From positions 51,708,001 to 51,772,000 of the forward strand of contig OX597822.1 of assembly GCA_951406725.2 (NCBI GenBank): a stretch of DNA of 64,000 nucleotides, written 5' to 3'. The DNA comes from Octopus vulgaris (Eukaryota). The number at the start of each line of letters is the position of its first letter. Position 1 is the first letter of the stretch. The notes under the pieces are model-generated. The model was not told where the DNA came from, made no database searches, and saw nothing but the letters and a program-made list of their open reading frames with translations. Positions 13,053 through 25,718 of the stretch are shown piece after piece. Both the position numbers and the translations under genes were made by a program.

Positions 13053-14183
13053 GGCTTTGAGCAGGCCAATCCATAACAATAACCATTTCAGCCTTGAGGA
13101 AGTTCATGACCACCTTAGCCTTGTGACATGGAGCATTGTCCTGCATGAATATTGGTGGTCGCTTAGTTGAATTTCTCAGCACAGGCAAGACATAATCTTT
13201 TACAAGTTGTTTATAAACTCCTGCATCTACCTTTCCATGTAATCGCACCAAAGGGCTCACACCATCTCCAGATATCATCTCCCAAACCATGACACTTCCT
13301 TCACCGAATTTAACACTAGTCTTAAGTCATTTAGGCGACAATTTTTCACCTACTTTTCGACGAACGTACATTTTCCCATCTGAGCCAAATAACATAAACT
13401 TAGATTCATCACTGAAATGCACCGTTTGCCATTTTTCTTGAGACCACAACACATGTTCGGTTGCAAAGGTAAGACGACACTTTTTATTCTTGGAGCTGAT
13501 CAGTGGCTTCACTGCAGGTGCTCTTGCTTGTAGGTCATGTTCAACTAAACGACGAGACAGTTTTTCGAGATAAAGTTTTCTTCAATACAATGCTCATTTT
13601 CCGAGAAACAGCAGCAACAGTTTTAAATCTGTCCTTTTTAACCAACTTAACCATAGCACGATTTTCTCTCTTGGTCGTTTTTCTTGGCCTACCTGTAAAC
13701 TTTCTTGCTTCACACGAACCACAATCATCGTAGACCTTAAGAACAACGTGTACAACACTTTTTGACTTGTTAACAATCTTTGCAATAGATCCAATACTTA
13801 AATTATCCTTCCTTCGAAGCTTAATAATCTGCTGACGAATTGGTAACGGAGTAAGTGGCATTATATTAACAAAGTACACTGCAAATATTCTTACTAATGT
13901 TTAGTAAACGAACCGTCACGTAAACAAATTCAAAACATTAGAGTTCGCCGGTTAAATATACTAAAACACGGAGTAAAAGCAACCGTTCTGATCATTTTGG
14001 CCGCCATAGGTTTTGCAGTAAATCACTAAATCATCCATAACTTCTGTATTATTCTCTCAAATTACACCAAAATCTCGTATTTATTATCTGTGAAAATTAT
14101 AGAATATAAAACAACTTTGATAAAAAATTATATCTACTTTTCTGACGAAAACAATGCAGTTCTGAACATTTTGGCCGCCACTT
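13053..14183 (-). mobile_element. Tc1-family DNA transposon, 3'-truncated, transposase disrupted
   Basis: ORF pieces 13541-13879 (HTH, TGRPRKTT), 13327-13512 (VHFSDESKF) and 13039-13290 (FMQDNAPCH, WPAQS, then broken). Terminal motif at 14150-14183 recurs internally at about 13986-14006 (IR/DR-like). Confidence 0.9.
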
Positions 14184-14669
14184 TATATAGATTAATGTCA
14201 TATATATATATATATATATATTATATATCTGTATGTGTGTATGTATGCATGCGTGTATATGTGTGCACGTAGGTGTGTTGTGTGTGGTTGTGGGTATTAG
14301 GTGTATGGGCGTCCGTGTGTGGGTGTACGCGCGCGCAAGTGTGTGGTGTGTATGTGTTGTGTGGTGTTTGGTATTTGCTGTATGGTATGGCAATATAAAA
14401 TATAAAAATTGGGAAAATAAAAGCATAAAAAAAAGATTATATGAAGAAATCCGTAACAGAAGTAAATAAATGAAATGAATAAAAAAAACTAGAAGTAGAT
14501 GATAAAAAATTAAAAAGTCACGATAAACGAATAAAATAGTAAGAGAAATAAATTTTAGAAATCAAAAAAAATCAAAAAATCGGAATAAACAAATAATAAA
14601 TAACCGAAATAAGACTGAACGCTAAAATATCGAAATAACAGAATAAAAATAAACGAAATAAAAATTAAT

Positions 14670-14880
14670 GGTTTTTTGCCAGCTTAATGCTGCAGTCCAG
14701 GAAAGGGAAGAATGCTACAGCTATTTAGCCCCAGGAAGCATAGTTTCCAGTTGGCTATGTTACACAAGCGTTCTGTGTCCTTAAGTTTTTAAACAGGGGA
14801 GATAAGTACCTCCACCCAGCAAAGCCAGCAGCCAGAGATTAGTTTCAGAGTTATTGCACCTCATCAGTCTGGAGTAGCTT
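14670..14880 (-). mobile_element. Short non-coding cassette: hammerhead plus conserved ~160-nt tail (same family as 52688-52948)
   Basis: Minus-strand tail aaggacacaga...ttcctggggctaaatagctgtagca...ggcaaa matches 52840-52948 and 52495-52600. Confidence 0.7.
14832..14872 (-). ncRNA. Minimal type I hammerhead ribozyme (near-intact)
   Basis: CCAGA CUGAUGA GGUGCAAUAACUCU GAAAC UA AUC UCUGG. Perfect 5-bp stem I and canonical core; weak stem II; stem III has one mismatch against the palindrome ACUAGU. Confidence 0.7.
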
Positions 14881-15834
14881 TATAAAAATTATAAATAATA
14901 AATGAATAAAAAATAATGAAAATACTAATAATAAATTAGATAGGGTAAAAGATTTTTAGGACGGTTGTAAGGAGAGTCATTGAGAGGAGGGATTGTGTTG
15001 AATTCGAAAGGAGTTTGGGTGTATAGAGTAAAAGTGTAACGTTGTTTCAGGCAAATTCTAGTGTATCGATTGGGCAGGATAAGGCCGAAGATGATGATAT
15101 TTCAGGGGAGATGGTTGGCCAAGCGAAAATGCCGGGCGACGGCGATGTTCGTACAAAGACGAACATCTCGTCGGTATTCGGCGAACCGGTCGGTTAGCCG
15201 GCGACCTGTATGACCAACGTAAAGTTTGTTGCAGATATTACACCTCGTGTAGTAAATAGAGCTGAAAGAAGTGAAGGAGTACCTAATGTAGAGAGTGTAC
15301 AGGTGGGGTCCGGTATGGGAGGAGGTGTTAGGGATGAAGGAACGGGTGTGGCAACGGAGCAAAGGGATCTGGAGCAAGGAAAGGATCCGAGTGGGATTGT
15401 AATGGAGGGAGAGGGAGCTACGGACCAGTAGATCGCGCAGGTTATAGGCGCGTTTGAAGGAGGACAAGAGTGGGCTGGGGAAATTAGGGAGTGTGGTGGT
15501 ATTTAGCTGGAGGCCACGGAAGGCCCTCAGAATCCTCCGAAGAAGGCGTACGATGGAGGGACGGAAAAGGAGGGGAAGGACATGTGTTTGGGGGATCGGT
15601 GAGGGAAAGGAGAGAGCGTGGTAATGCGATCGACTTGACGTGTGCAGCTAAAGACAGTTTGTACACGGGTGGATGGGTGTCCGTGACTCATGAGCAAGCG
15701 GGCCAGGCACTGGAACTGGGTCTCAAAATCCTGGTCCCCGCTGCACAGGTGTCGGAGGTGGAGGAACTGGGAGTCGGGGATGGCCAGTTTGGTGTGGGAG
15801 GGATGGGAGGAGGAAAGTACTGTGTTCATTAACC

Positions 15835-15940
15835 GCTGATGGATGACCGGCGATTGGCTATTGATCAAAATGCCAGTACTGTTAGAATATCCAGTGAAAC
15901 AGTTGAGAATATTCTGCATAATGAACATGGCATAACGAGG
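15835..15940 (+). mobile_element. Mariner transposase fragment
   Basis: Translates as DDRRLAIDQ...ISSETVENILHNEHGITR; similar to 40900-41030 on the minus strand. Confidence 0.65.
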
Positions 15941-15941
15941 T

Positions 15942-15949
15942 ATAGATAA

Positions 15950-16020
<71 letters not shown>

Positions 16021-16022
16021 TA
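15942..16022. repeat. (GATA)n microsatellite
   Basis: Read directly. Confidence 0.95.
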
Positions 16023-16025
16023 CAT

Positions 16026-16186
16026 TGGCTTCTTTTAGTTTCCGACTACGAAATCTTCTCACAAGTCTTTGGCTGGCCCGAGACTATAGTAGAGGATACT
16101 TGTCCAAGGTGCCACACAGTGGGATTGAACCCGGAACATAGTTGTTGAGAAGCAAAGTTCATACTTCACAGACAAGCCTGAGCCTA
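16026..16186 (-). mobile_element. tRNA/CORE-type SINE, 5' half
   Basis: Reverse complement of the 5' half of the SINE at 46553-46950. Confidence 0.75.
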
Positions 16187-17094
16187 CATTCTTTGTCACT
16201 CATTAGCTCTTAGTGGTTGATGCAACCCCCAGCCAAACCAAACCTTGTTGTGAGTCGTCTTCACTTTATTACTTGCACTTATGGTTCTAGTGTGCGACTA
16301 CAGTTGAATGCTTTTCGAAATTTTAAGCACGAGAATTATGATTCCACATACTAGATTACGTTCGAGGGAATCATCTTCTGTCACCCTTCGATCTCACCTT
16401 CTTTTGAAAGCATGGAAAAGATATGTCTGTTGTTTGTAAATCACAAGCTATGACATTTACTTCCTTGCTACCTTCTGTAAAATGAACAAAAATATCTTCG
16501 AACACAGCACAGAGACATACTCTTTCGGGAATTACTTTGTCTACGATTCTTTTTAGCCTTTAACCAGCAATTTTTGCTGTGACACACTACGGTGGCAGGA
16601 AATATTCATTTTCAGTTTTTTTTTTTTTATATCAATGTTCTCTCTGTTGTTCATAGTAACTGTATTATCCAAGTGAGTAATTATATCTAAGAGCTATATT
16701 TTTGGTATTTAGCGTATAAAGCTAACTTTTTATGTTTGCAATTCTTCCTGTTTATGCACGTGATATGTTTGGGTTTGTTATTTCCATATCTTTATTCTAG
16801 AAAAAATTGCGGATGCTTGTATTCTTTCACCTTCCAAATACCGTGTTAAACAAGAAACAAAAATTCAAATGGCAAAAAGAAACAGTAGAACAAAATACAT
16901 TGACAAACCTGTTTTCCACCTAATGAAGCCAAAAGCCGTCTTGATAGCAATCCGGATTCAAGTGAAAAGAAAAATCACGAAGCAAAATTATTATCGAAAA
17001 ATTTTAAAAATACAGTAAAAAATTTTTCTTGGCATATTTCGGTGAAGGGAAGTCCGAGATGATGATGATGATGAGAAGGAGGAGGTGGAGGATG

Positions 17095-17151
<57 letters not shown>

Positions 17152-17189
17152 TGATAACAATAATAATAATAATAATAATGATGATGATG

Positions 17190-18720
17190 ATTTCTTTTAT
17201 TGGTCACAAAGGCCCACGACATGTAGGATGATATCGAAGGACGAGTTAGAGCAGATAAAAACAAAACAAAAACAAAAATACCAAAACAAGTGAGGTTTAC
17301 ATCGATCAAAGGGAGACACTACAACATTAAATGATATAACAGAGGACATGTAATAGAAATTGGAGAAATAAATAATAAGTAAATAAATAATTAGAATCCG
17401 CAGTAGCGGGGCAATTCACTTAGGGAAACTCAGGTTAAACCCCAATCAAAAATCCAGGATCACTCTAGCTCCCCATGGCATGCCATCCCCAAAGCATGGA
17501 AAGGCGCCTTCTTGCAGTTTCATCCCTGCTGCTTAGAAAAGCATACTCAGAGTCGGTCCTTTTGGTCTCACCAGTATTGCCACTGTTGACCTGCTTTTGA
17601 TAGTGGAAGGCATTCCTCTTCAAATGGTTTTTGAAGAAATTGATGAGAGCTTAGCCAGAAAGAAAAGCGCCTGTCTTCAAAATTTTCAGACGGGTCCACC
17701 ACAAAAACCTCTTTTGTCACAACCACTAAGTAGAGAAAGAACTGCTTTCTTTCCCTGCTAAGGGAAGGTACTGCGTTGATCTGCGCTATACTCTCGGCAG
17801 ACAAGAGCTATTCTACCCAAACCTGCATGCAGGTCGCTTTCGTCCGCTTGCAAGCATCTCTGGCATATTCGGCTGTTGGCGCTTCCTTTCATGAAGAGCA
17901 TGTTTCGAATAAGCAATGCTCCCTTGTAAGTACTCCCATGCCAAAGAATTTTGGAATTTCTCCATGATCTTCGGCACGAAGGTCCTCCGGAAATACTATT
18001 CAAACTGTTCTTGCCGACACCTAGAATTAATCCTAGGCCATCACGTTTCATATCTTCAACTAGCCCCTTATAGAAATCTTGGGTTGTTTTCCCCCTATCG
18101 GTTTTGTGAGCGCCTGGCAATATTCTAGAAGCCAAACGACCGACCTTGGTCTACGTTTGACCCATGACTGTAGCTCTGACAATGAGCTGAGCTGTGGAAT
18201 GACTGTCGCACGAAGGACATCCATACTAATTCACCCTTATTTTCGTTCACCTCATCGTTCACACCATCGCAGTAATTTTAGATGTTTCTGTAGGTGCCAC
18301 AGCCTCAAAGCGTGGAGTTGCATCATCAAAGATGCCATTCCAAGACCACAACAGTGCGGGTGTTGATAGATAGATAGATAGTGATAGATAGAAATGTAGA
18401 TACTTCCATACGGATCGCAAAAGCAAGGACTCCACTCCGGTCAGATCTTTCTGATGACAAGGTACGACAGCTAGTCAGTAGTACATTACCGAGGCGATAT
18501 GTGCATTCGCTATTTCCACCCGACATTTAAGCAAAAGTTTCCTTCTGCCCATTTCTGAGTGAGCTTTGTTATGACTTCTTCCCAGTTCAATCTACCTGGG
18601 GATCAGCTCCGAGCCAGACTCCGAGCGCTTTCACCGGACCCTTCGTCTAGTGATAGAAATCGCCGCTCGTCCACATGGACTTACCTCTCCAAGAGCCTAA
18701 TGACAGACCTATTGATTTGT
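17190..18720 (-). mobile_element. L1/Tx1-type LINE, 3' fragment, degraded
   Basis: C-terminal zinc-binding motif ICQRCLQADESDLHA in ORF 17758-18135; post-RT remnant (KW..RKL.L..RVEIAN.HIASVMYY) around 18470-18560; 3' end abuts (TAA)/(TGA) repeats. Confidence 0.7.
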
Positions 18721-18774
18721 CTGGTTTATGCGTGGTCTTGTATATGCTCGATATTTTTTCACTGTAGTGTTGAT

Positions 18775-18862
18775 GTTTATTCATTCGACTAAAAATTCAA
18801 AGCGGTGCAACTGCATGGCTGCAATCTAATGACTAAACAAGTAGAAGGTAAAAGATAAAAGA
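18775..18862 (+). mobile_element. SINE 3' tail
   Basis: ttcgact...gcggtgc...catggctgcaatctaatgactaaacaagta matches 46880-46950. Confidence 0.7.
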
Positions 18863-18904
18863 TACACGTATGTATGTGTACGTCTCTCTATGTGTGTAAA
18901 TATA

Positions 18905-18935
18905 TATGTGTGTGTGTTTTGTGTGTGTGTATGTG

Positions 18936-19007
<72 letters not shown>

Positions 19008-19501
19008 TGAGTATGCATATGATATAAATAAGCATATATATAAATATATATATTCATGCATATTTATACCATGGTACTATTAGTAGACGTATTTGGAAAG
19101 TTCTCAAATACGGTGGGTTCCTTCCCTCACTTTATAGTACAAGCTGAAAGCCTTGAAGGACATGAGAAGCAGTTCTAAATAATTGGTCTTGACTACAGAT
19201 ATGAAATAAATTATAAAGTAAAATAAATACGTTGACGAAGATAAAAGAGAAAGTGGGAAAAGTAGACATATGTATTTAAAAAAAAAAAAAATACAATAGC
19301 AAAGTTTTTAGAAGTCAATTGTAATCATCATGGCTATTGGCAACAATGGTAGAATTAAATTGCGTATTTCAAAGTACATTGACAAGTATTTCCTGCACAG
19401 ATGCTATTTACACTCAGTGAAATATTAATGTATTCTTGGCCGGTGATATAGAAATCTGGAAGAAACACAGTTGGTCTTCTAATTTGGCTGTGTGTGGGTT
19501 C

Positions 19502-19545
<44 letters not shown>

Positions 19546-20852
19546 TATACAATATATATATATACATGTGTGTATGTATATGCGCATTAGTATGTATTAC
19601 AACATATATATATATATATATATATGATATATATAAACACACATTAATATATATACATACATATATATGCGTGTGTGTCTGTATTTTTCAATATGTACAA
19701 ATAACACGGAAAAATAAATAAATAGTCACCAGGGCATGCCATCCCCAAAGCATGGGAAAGCGCCTTCTTGCAGTTTCATCCCTGCTGCTTAGAAAAGCAT
19801 ACTCAGAGTCGGTCCTTTTGGTCTCACCAGTATTGCCACTGTTGACCTGCTTTTGATAGTGGAAGGCATTCCTCTTCAAATGGTATTTGAAGAAATTGAT
19901 GAGAGCTTAGCCAGAAAGAAAAGCGCCTGTCTTCAAAATTTTCAGACGGGTCCACCACAAAAACCTCTTTTATTCCCGAGGAATAAAAGGATTTTTAAAA
20001 ATGTAATCATCTCGTCGGGAAAAAATAGAAACAAGAACACATCAATAAGCCATTTTAACCGAATGTGATTACCGCGTATATGATGAAGGGAACGCTGGCA
20101 AGTCATTTAAAAAAAACGTTAATAGATTTAACGTCAAAGGCAATTTGTGAAAGGGATTGAGAAGGAAAGAAATTAACAGAAAATTAAGAGTGGAGAAATA
20201 TAGTGCGATCGATAAGTGGAAATAAAGCTTAAAGGCGTGTAAATAGATACATGTAGTTGAAATGATATGTAAGAAGATATTTAAAAGTCGAATTTTCTAG
20301 ATTGGTAGAATTACTTATAGGAAGTAAATTGCGTTTGACGTTAAATATGTTAACGGTTATTTTTTAAACAACTTGCCAGCGTTCCCGTCATCATATACGT
20401 GGTAATCACATTCGGTAAACTGGTTTATTGATGTGTTTTGTTTCTCTTTTTTTCCCTTAAGAAATGATTACATTGTTTTACATCCTTTTATTCCCTCAGC
20501 AATAATACCAATGTTTTCTTCGAAACATTAGTCGCATCATCAAAGATGCCATTCCAAGACCACAACAGTGCGGGTGTTGACAGCAGATGGATTTTTTGAA
20601 TTTCAACTTTATACAATATGGCAATATTGTTTAAAATGATCTTTAGAAATTACTTGATTTATTCCTTTCTTAAAGTGCTCTATACTCCTGATCTTAGTAT
20701 TTATAAGGACCTTTATATAAGTAGCCCTTCTAATTAAGTACTCCTAAGAAACTATAAATATCATGTAAGGAGTAACTATGATAACTTCTAAAACCTATTA
20801 CATAACTCTTTTAATTTAAAATTAGAATATATTGTGTGTGTGTATGTGTATG

Positions 20853-20918
<66 letters not shown>

Positions 20919-21423
20919 TGAGTATGCATATGATATAAATAAGCATATATATAAATATATATATTCATGCATATTTATACCATGGTACTATTAGTAGACA
21001 TGTTTGGAAAGTTCTCAATACGGTGGGTTCCTTCCCTCACTTTATAGTACAAGCTGAAAGCCTTGAAGGGCATGAGAAGCAGTTCTAAATCATTGTCTTG
21101 ACTACAGATATGGAAAGAAATTATAAAGTAAAATAAATACGTTGACGAAGATAAAGAAGAGAAAGTGGGGCAAAAGTAGACATATGTATTTAAAAAAAAA
21201 AAAAAAATACAATAGCAAAGTTCTTTAGAAGTCATTATTGTAATCATTCATGGCTATTGGCAACAATGGTAGAATTAAATTGCGTATTTCAAAGTACATT
21301 GACAAGTATTTCCTGCACAGATGCTATTTACACTGAGTGAAAATATTAATGTATTCTTGGCCTGGTGATATAGAAATCTGGAAGAAACACAGTTGGTCTT
21401 CTAATTTGGCTGTGTGTGTGTTC

Positions 21424-21476
<53 letters not shown>

Positions 21477-22670
21477 TATATATATATACATGTGTGTATG
21501 TATATGCGCATGTATGTATGTATTTACATACATATATATATATATATATATACACATATATATATATATACATACATATATATGCGTGTGTGTCTGTATT
21601 TTTCAATATGTACAAATAACACGGAAAAATAAATAAATAGTCACCAGGGTAGCAAAATTTCACATTGGTGCCAAGGATGTTACACCCTGCTAATAAAGGT
21701 AGAAATTTCAGCGTTTAGTGAAATGTTTTTGAATATAATATAGATATATTAAGAAATGGAGTTAAAGGCAGGTGTTATTCAAATCTTTTTACTTCCGACA
21801 TATGTTTCGAAGAAAACATTATTATTATTCCCGATGGAATAAAATGATTTTAAAAAATGTAATCATCTCGTCGGGAGAAAATAGAAACAAAACACATCAA
21901 TAAGCCATTTTAACCGAATGTGATTACCGCGTATATGATGAAGGGAACGCTGGCAAGTCATTTAAAAAAAAAAACGTTAATAGATTTAACGTCAAAGGCA
22001 ATTTGTGAAAGGGATTGAGAAGGAAAGAAATTAACAGAAAATTAAGAGTGGAGAAATATAGTGCGATCGATAAGTGGAAATAAAGCTTAAAGGCGTGTAA
22101 ATAGTTACATGTAGTTGAAATGATATGTAAGAAGATATTTAAAAGTCGAATTTTCTAGATTGGTAGAATTACTTATAGGAAGTAAATTGCGTTTGACGTT
22201 AAATATGTTAACGGTTATTTTTTAAATAACTTGCCAGCGTTCCCGTCATCATATACGTGGTAATCACATTCGGTAAACTGGTTTATTGATGTGTTTTGTT
22301 TCTCTTTTTTTCCCTTAAGAAATGATTACATTGTTTTACATCCTTTTATTCCCTCAGCAATAATACCAATGTTTTCTTCGAAACATATGTCGGATGTATA
22401 AAGATTTGAATAACACATGCGTTTAACTCTATTTCTTTAATTTCAACTTTATACAATATGGCAATATTGTTTAAAATGATCTTTAGAAATTACTTGATTT
22501 ATTCATTTCTTAAAGTGCTCTATACTCCTGATCTTAGTATTTATAAGGACCTTTATATAAGTAGCCCTTCTAATTAAGTACTCCTAAGAAACTATAAATA
22601 TCATGTAAGGAGTAACTAAGATAACTTCTAAAACCTATTACATAACCCTTTTAATTTAAAATTAGAATAT
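18905..22670. repeat. ~1.9 kb near-identical tandem duplication (18905-20830 and 20834-22670)
   Basis: Long near-identical runs, e.g. 19005-19730 vs 20915-21648 and 20600-20830 vs 22440-22670. Copy 1 carries two foreign patches. Confidence 0.9.
21748..22441. mobile_element. Fold-back element, ~255-bp imperfect inverted arms, each with a degenerate outward-facing hammerhead
   Basis: Arms 21748-22004 and 22184-22441. ttcGAAAC ATAT GTC gga at 22378-22394 and its reverse complement at 21794-21811. Partial duplicate at 19971-20530. Confidence 0.75.
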
Positions 22671-22961
22671 CCTATAACATCAATATTCCTTTAGCTAATA
22701 CCAGGCATCAGTCTTTATTGATACTAGCTAAATAAGTAAATATATAATTTTTAGTTTAGTATATTTTGGATTATTATACATTTTCTGTAAATTATGTTAA
22801 TAAGGTATATATACTTTATCATGTTTTTCGTGATTAAGCTATTTTGTTCAATTTCTATGGTATTCTGCCCTACCTGATTATTTTATTTCTTTATTATTTT
22901 GTAATAGCCTTTATTTATCTAGTTATAAAATAAATCTAGTTTTTTGTATCTCAGGCAGGCA

Positions 22962-23028
<67 letters not shown>

Positions 23029-23799
23029 GAGTGAGAGCTAGAGAGAATACAGTGAAAGGCAGGAATTTAAGAAACAATAAAAATCATCAAAAAAAGAAGC
23101 GAGAAGAAGGAGAAGAAGAAGAAGAAGAAGAAGAAGAAGAAGAAGAAGAAGAAGAAGAAGAAGAAGAAGAAGAAGAAGAAGAAGAAGAAGAAGAAGAAGA
23201 AGAATATTATGATGATGATTAAGAAAAAGGAGAAGACGAAGGAGGAGGGCAGAAAAAGAAGAAAAGAAGAAAAAAGCGCGACCGAGTTAGCAATAAGAGT
23301 TTAATAATTTGAAAGTATTGTTCGAAATAGCCAAAATACATATACAATCAAAATAATTCTAGTGTCACCTGCAGGTATCACTTGCCACACAAGTACATTT
23401 ATGACATATATATATATATGTATATATATATGTATACATACCACCATAGACGCATGTATGTATGTATGTATGTATGTATATATGTATGTTTATATGTATG
23501 TATGTATGTTTATATGTATGTTTATATGTATGTATGTTTATATGTATGTATGTTTATATGTATGTATGCATGTATGTATGTATGTATGTATGTATGTATG
23601 TATGTATGTATGTATGTATGAAAGAATGTGTGTGCTGCGGTCTGCATATGAAGAGGCTACATATCTGTGCGTGTATATTGCAAATCGCTCTCTGCGATTG
23701 CCTCACACTTCTTTTGTTAGTATATGCATACACACACGCGCACCCACATATATATGTATATGTGTATATATATATATGTGTGTGTCTGTTTCTATATAT

Positions 23800-24405
23800 A
23801 CATTGTCTGATCAATAATTTTCTGGAGTGTTGTTATAGAAACAAAGCTAAAGCACGGAGAATGGAGCCACTTGGCACAGATTGACCTGAACACTGCACCG
23901 CATGCGCACTGAATTTTAACGTTCTACCTCCCTTCAGTTGTTAAAGCAATGCTAGGAAGGAAGGTGTGTAGCTTGTGGTTGTCGAGTTAACAATGACGGA
24001 GAAAGTTGAGCAGAGAATCTCCATTAAATTTTGTCAAACGCTCGGTGATATCTCCTCAGAGGCCTACGCAAAGTTTTTATCGGTCTCGACATAATCAAGG
24101 AGATCTTGTGCAACTGAAATCCGAGTGAAAGCTTTTTTGGCACAAATTTGGTAGACACTCGTGTCATACCCAAATCTTTCGGGGTAATGGACTTAACTGA
24201 ACCATAACTAATCTGCACATCTTCCAATTTCTCACAGATAGTGATTCGACGATTTCCCCTCACAGCTGCAGGCACATCTGCGATGTATTTCTCAGGTCTG
24301 CTGGTTGCGGTTCTCTGAGAAGGTATAGCCATGAGAATTTTCTCTGTCATGGTCAATACGACGATCACATGCTACACACATCTTCTCTCCACGTGCTGCT
24401 ATAAG
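23800..24405. mobile_element. Two convergent mariner 5' fragments (23800-24075 on +, 24080-24405 on -)
   Basis: + strand MTEKVEQRISIKFCQTLGDISSEAYAK from about 23993; - strand ORF 24024-24368 NRRITI...ISYGSV...DLGMTRVSTKFVPK. Confidence 0.8.
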
Positions 24406-24409
24406 AAGC

Positions 24410-24457
<48 letters not shown>

Positions 24458-24595
24458 GTGCGTATATATATATATATATATACATATATATGTATATATA
24501 TATATATATATATAACAAAGTGGAGTTGTGGGGTACCGCACGAGTGGAATTATATACGAAAGAAGGTTTGAAAATGCAATTTAAAAGATGTTTAT

Positions 24596-24640
24596 TTACT
24601 TTACCGGTTTCACTCTTTGGAAAAAGATTGTCAAAAGTAA
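24596..24640 (-). ncRNA. Minimal type I hammerhead ribozyme, U3-A8 core variant
   Basis: UUACUU UUGACAA UCUUU UUCC AAAGA GU GAAAC CG GUA AAGUAA. 6-bp stem I, 5-bp stem II and palindromic ACCGGU stem III; lies in a ~180-bp cassette between (TA)n arrays. Confidence 0.7.
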
Positions 24641-24702
24641 CATGTGGAAGTTTGGTTGCGTTAATTATTGGTTGTTTCAAATTGCTACATTACATATATA
24701 TA

Positions 24703-25080
24703 TATACAGTCTTTGGTAAGAGGGACATGTTAAGGACATAAAAAAGTTCAACAAGTTCCTTAAAATATTGGACAAAAAAAATTACATAAATAATCGTTCT
24801 CAAGGACATACTTAAGATAGTTTCCAGAAGGAATTGATATTGGTACTGTATCTGTATATTCAAACATGCACAGAATATTGGTTGACACAGAGTACTATAA
24901 TCCATATAAATATACAGTCTTTGGTGACAACAGTACGTTGAGGATATAAAAAAGTTTAACAAGCTCATTGAAGTAATGGGCAGAAAAGATTAAGACAAAT
25001 ATATTATACATCTCAGGGTAATTTCCAGGAGGAATTATTAAAAAAAGTTCAGTATACACATACAGAATATTATGAGTTCA
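24703..25080. repeat. Two diverged ~200-bp direct repeats
   Basis: atacagtctttggt...ataaaaaagttyaacaag...tttccagraggaatt at 24703 and 24912. Confidence 0.7.
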
Positions 25081-25639
25081 AGAAGATTTACATTATTGTA
25101 GTTGTGAAGTTGTCACTAACCTGTCCGTTTTAGGAGAAATGTGGAATTGAAAAGAATGTACCCTTTTTTTCTCTTTTTTTGGCTCTCCTTCAAGCATCAA
25201 TGATTTTGGGGTTAGGATGAGGTGAGTATGTGTGTCTCTGTGTGTATGTGTATGTGCATACATATACATGTGGTGTGAATAGATGTGTCTGTGTGTCTAT
25301 AGTATTTGGTCGGATGGTGTCTGTTTGTCAACCGCGTGTGTGGTTGTCATGGTGTTGTGTGTGTGTGTGTGTGTGTGCGTGTGTACGCATGTATGTGTGT
25401 GGGTGGCATCTGACATGGTGCTGCGTGTGTATATATGTGTCTGTATGGAGGTGAGATTGGTGTGAGTGTGTGTGTCCCTGTGTGCGTGCACATACATGTA
25501 TACATGTGTCTGTGTGTATGTGGGGGCTGTTTTTGATTGGTTCCAGGGTGGTGTAAATAGATGTGTGTTGTTTAAAGAATTTTGTGGGGTAGGATGGTGT
25601 GTGTATATGTGTGCCTACCCTGAGATGTATAATATACAA

Positions 25640-25718
25640 GATGCCACGCAGTGGGACTGATCCCGGAACTATGTGGTTGGTTAGCAAGCTACTTACCACA
25701 CAGCCACTCCTGCGCCTA
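25640..25718 (-). mobile_element. SINE tRNA-like head fragment
   Basis: tgccacgcagtgggactga...agcaagctacttaccacacagccactcctgcgcct is the reverse complement of the SINE 5' end. Confidence 0.8.

Larger units (their letters stand above)
12480..15825 (-). mobile_element. Penelope-like retroelement, 5'-truncated (RT C-terminus, GIY-YIG endonuclease, TG-rich 3' region, HHR-bearing end), with nested insertions
   Basis: ORF 15527-15928 (SSSHPSHTKLAIPDSQFLHLRHLCS) and ORF 15102-15467 (NLRDLLVRS, IYYTRCNICNKLYVGHTGRRLTDRFAEY). The terminal segment 12480-12720 resembles 41620-41890. Interrupted by Tc1 at 13053-14183 and a cassette at 14670-14880. Coding part is confident; the full extent is inferred. 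Confidence 0.75.

Noticed and set aside
25110-25210. Possible long-stem-II hammerhead on the minus strand
   Set aside because: Both core segments are too degenerate to support.
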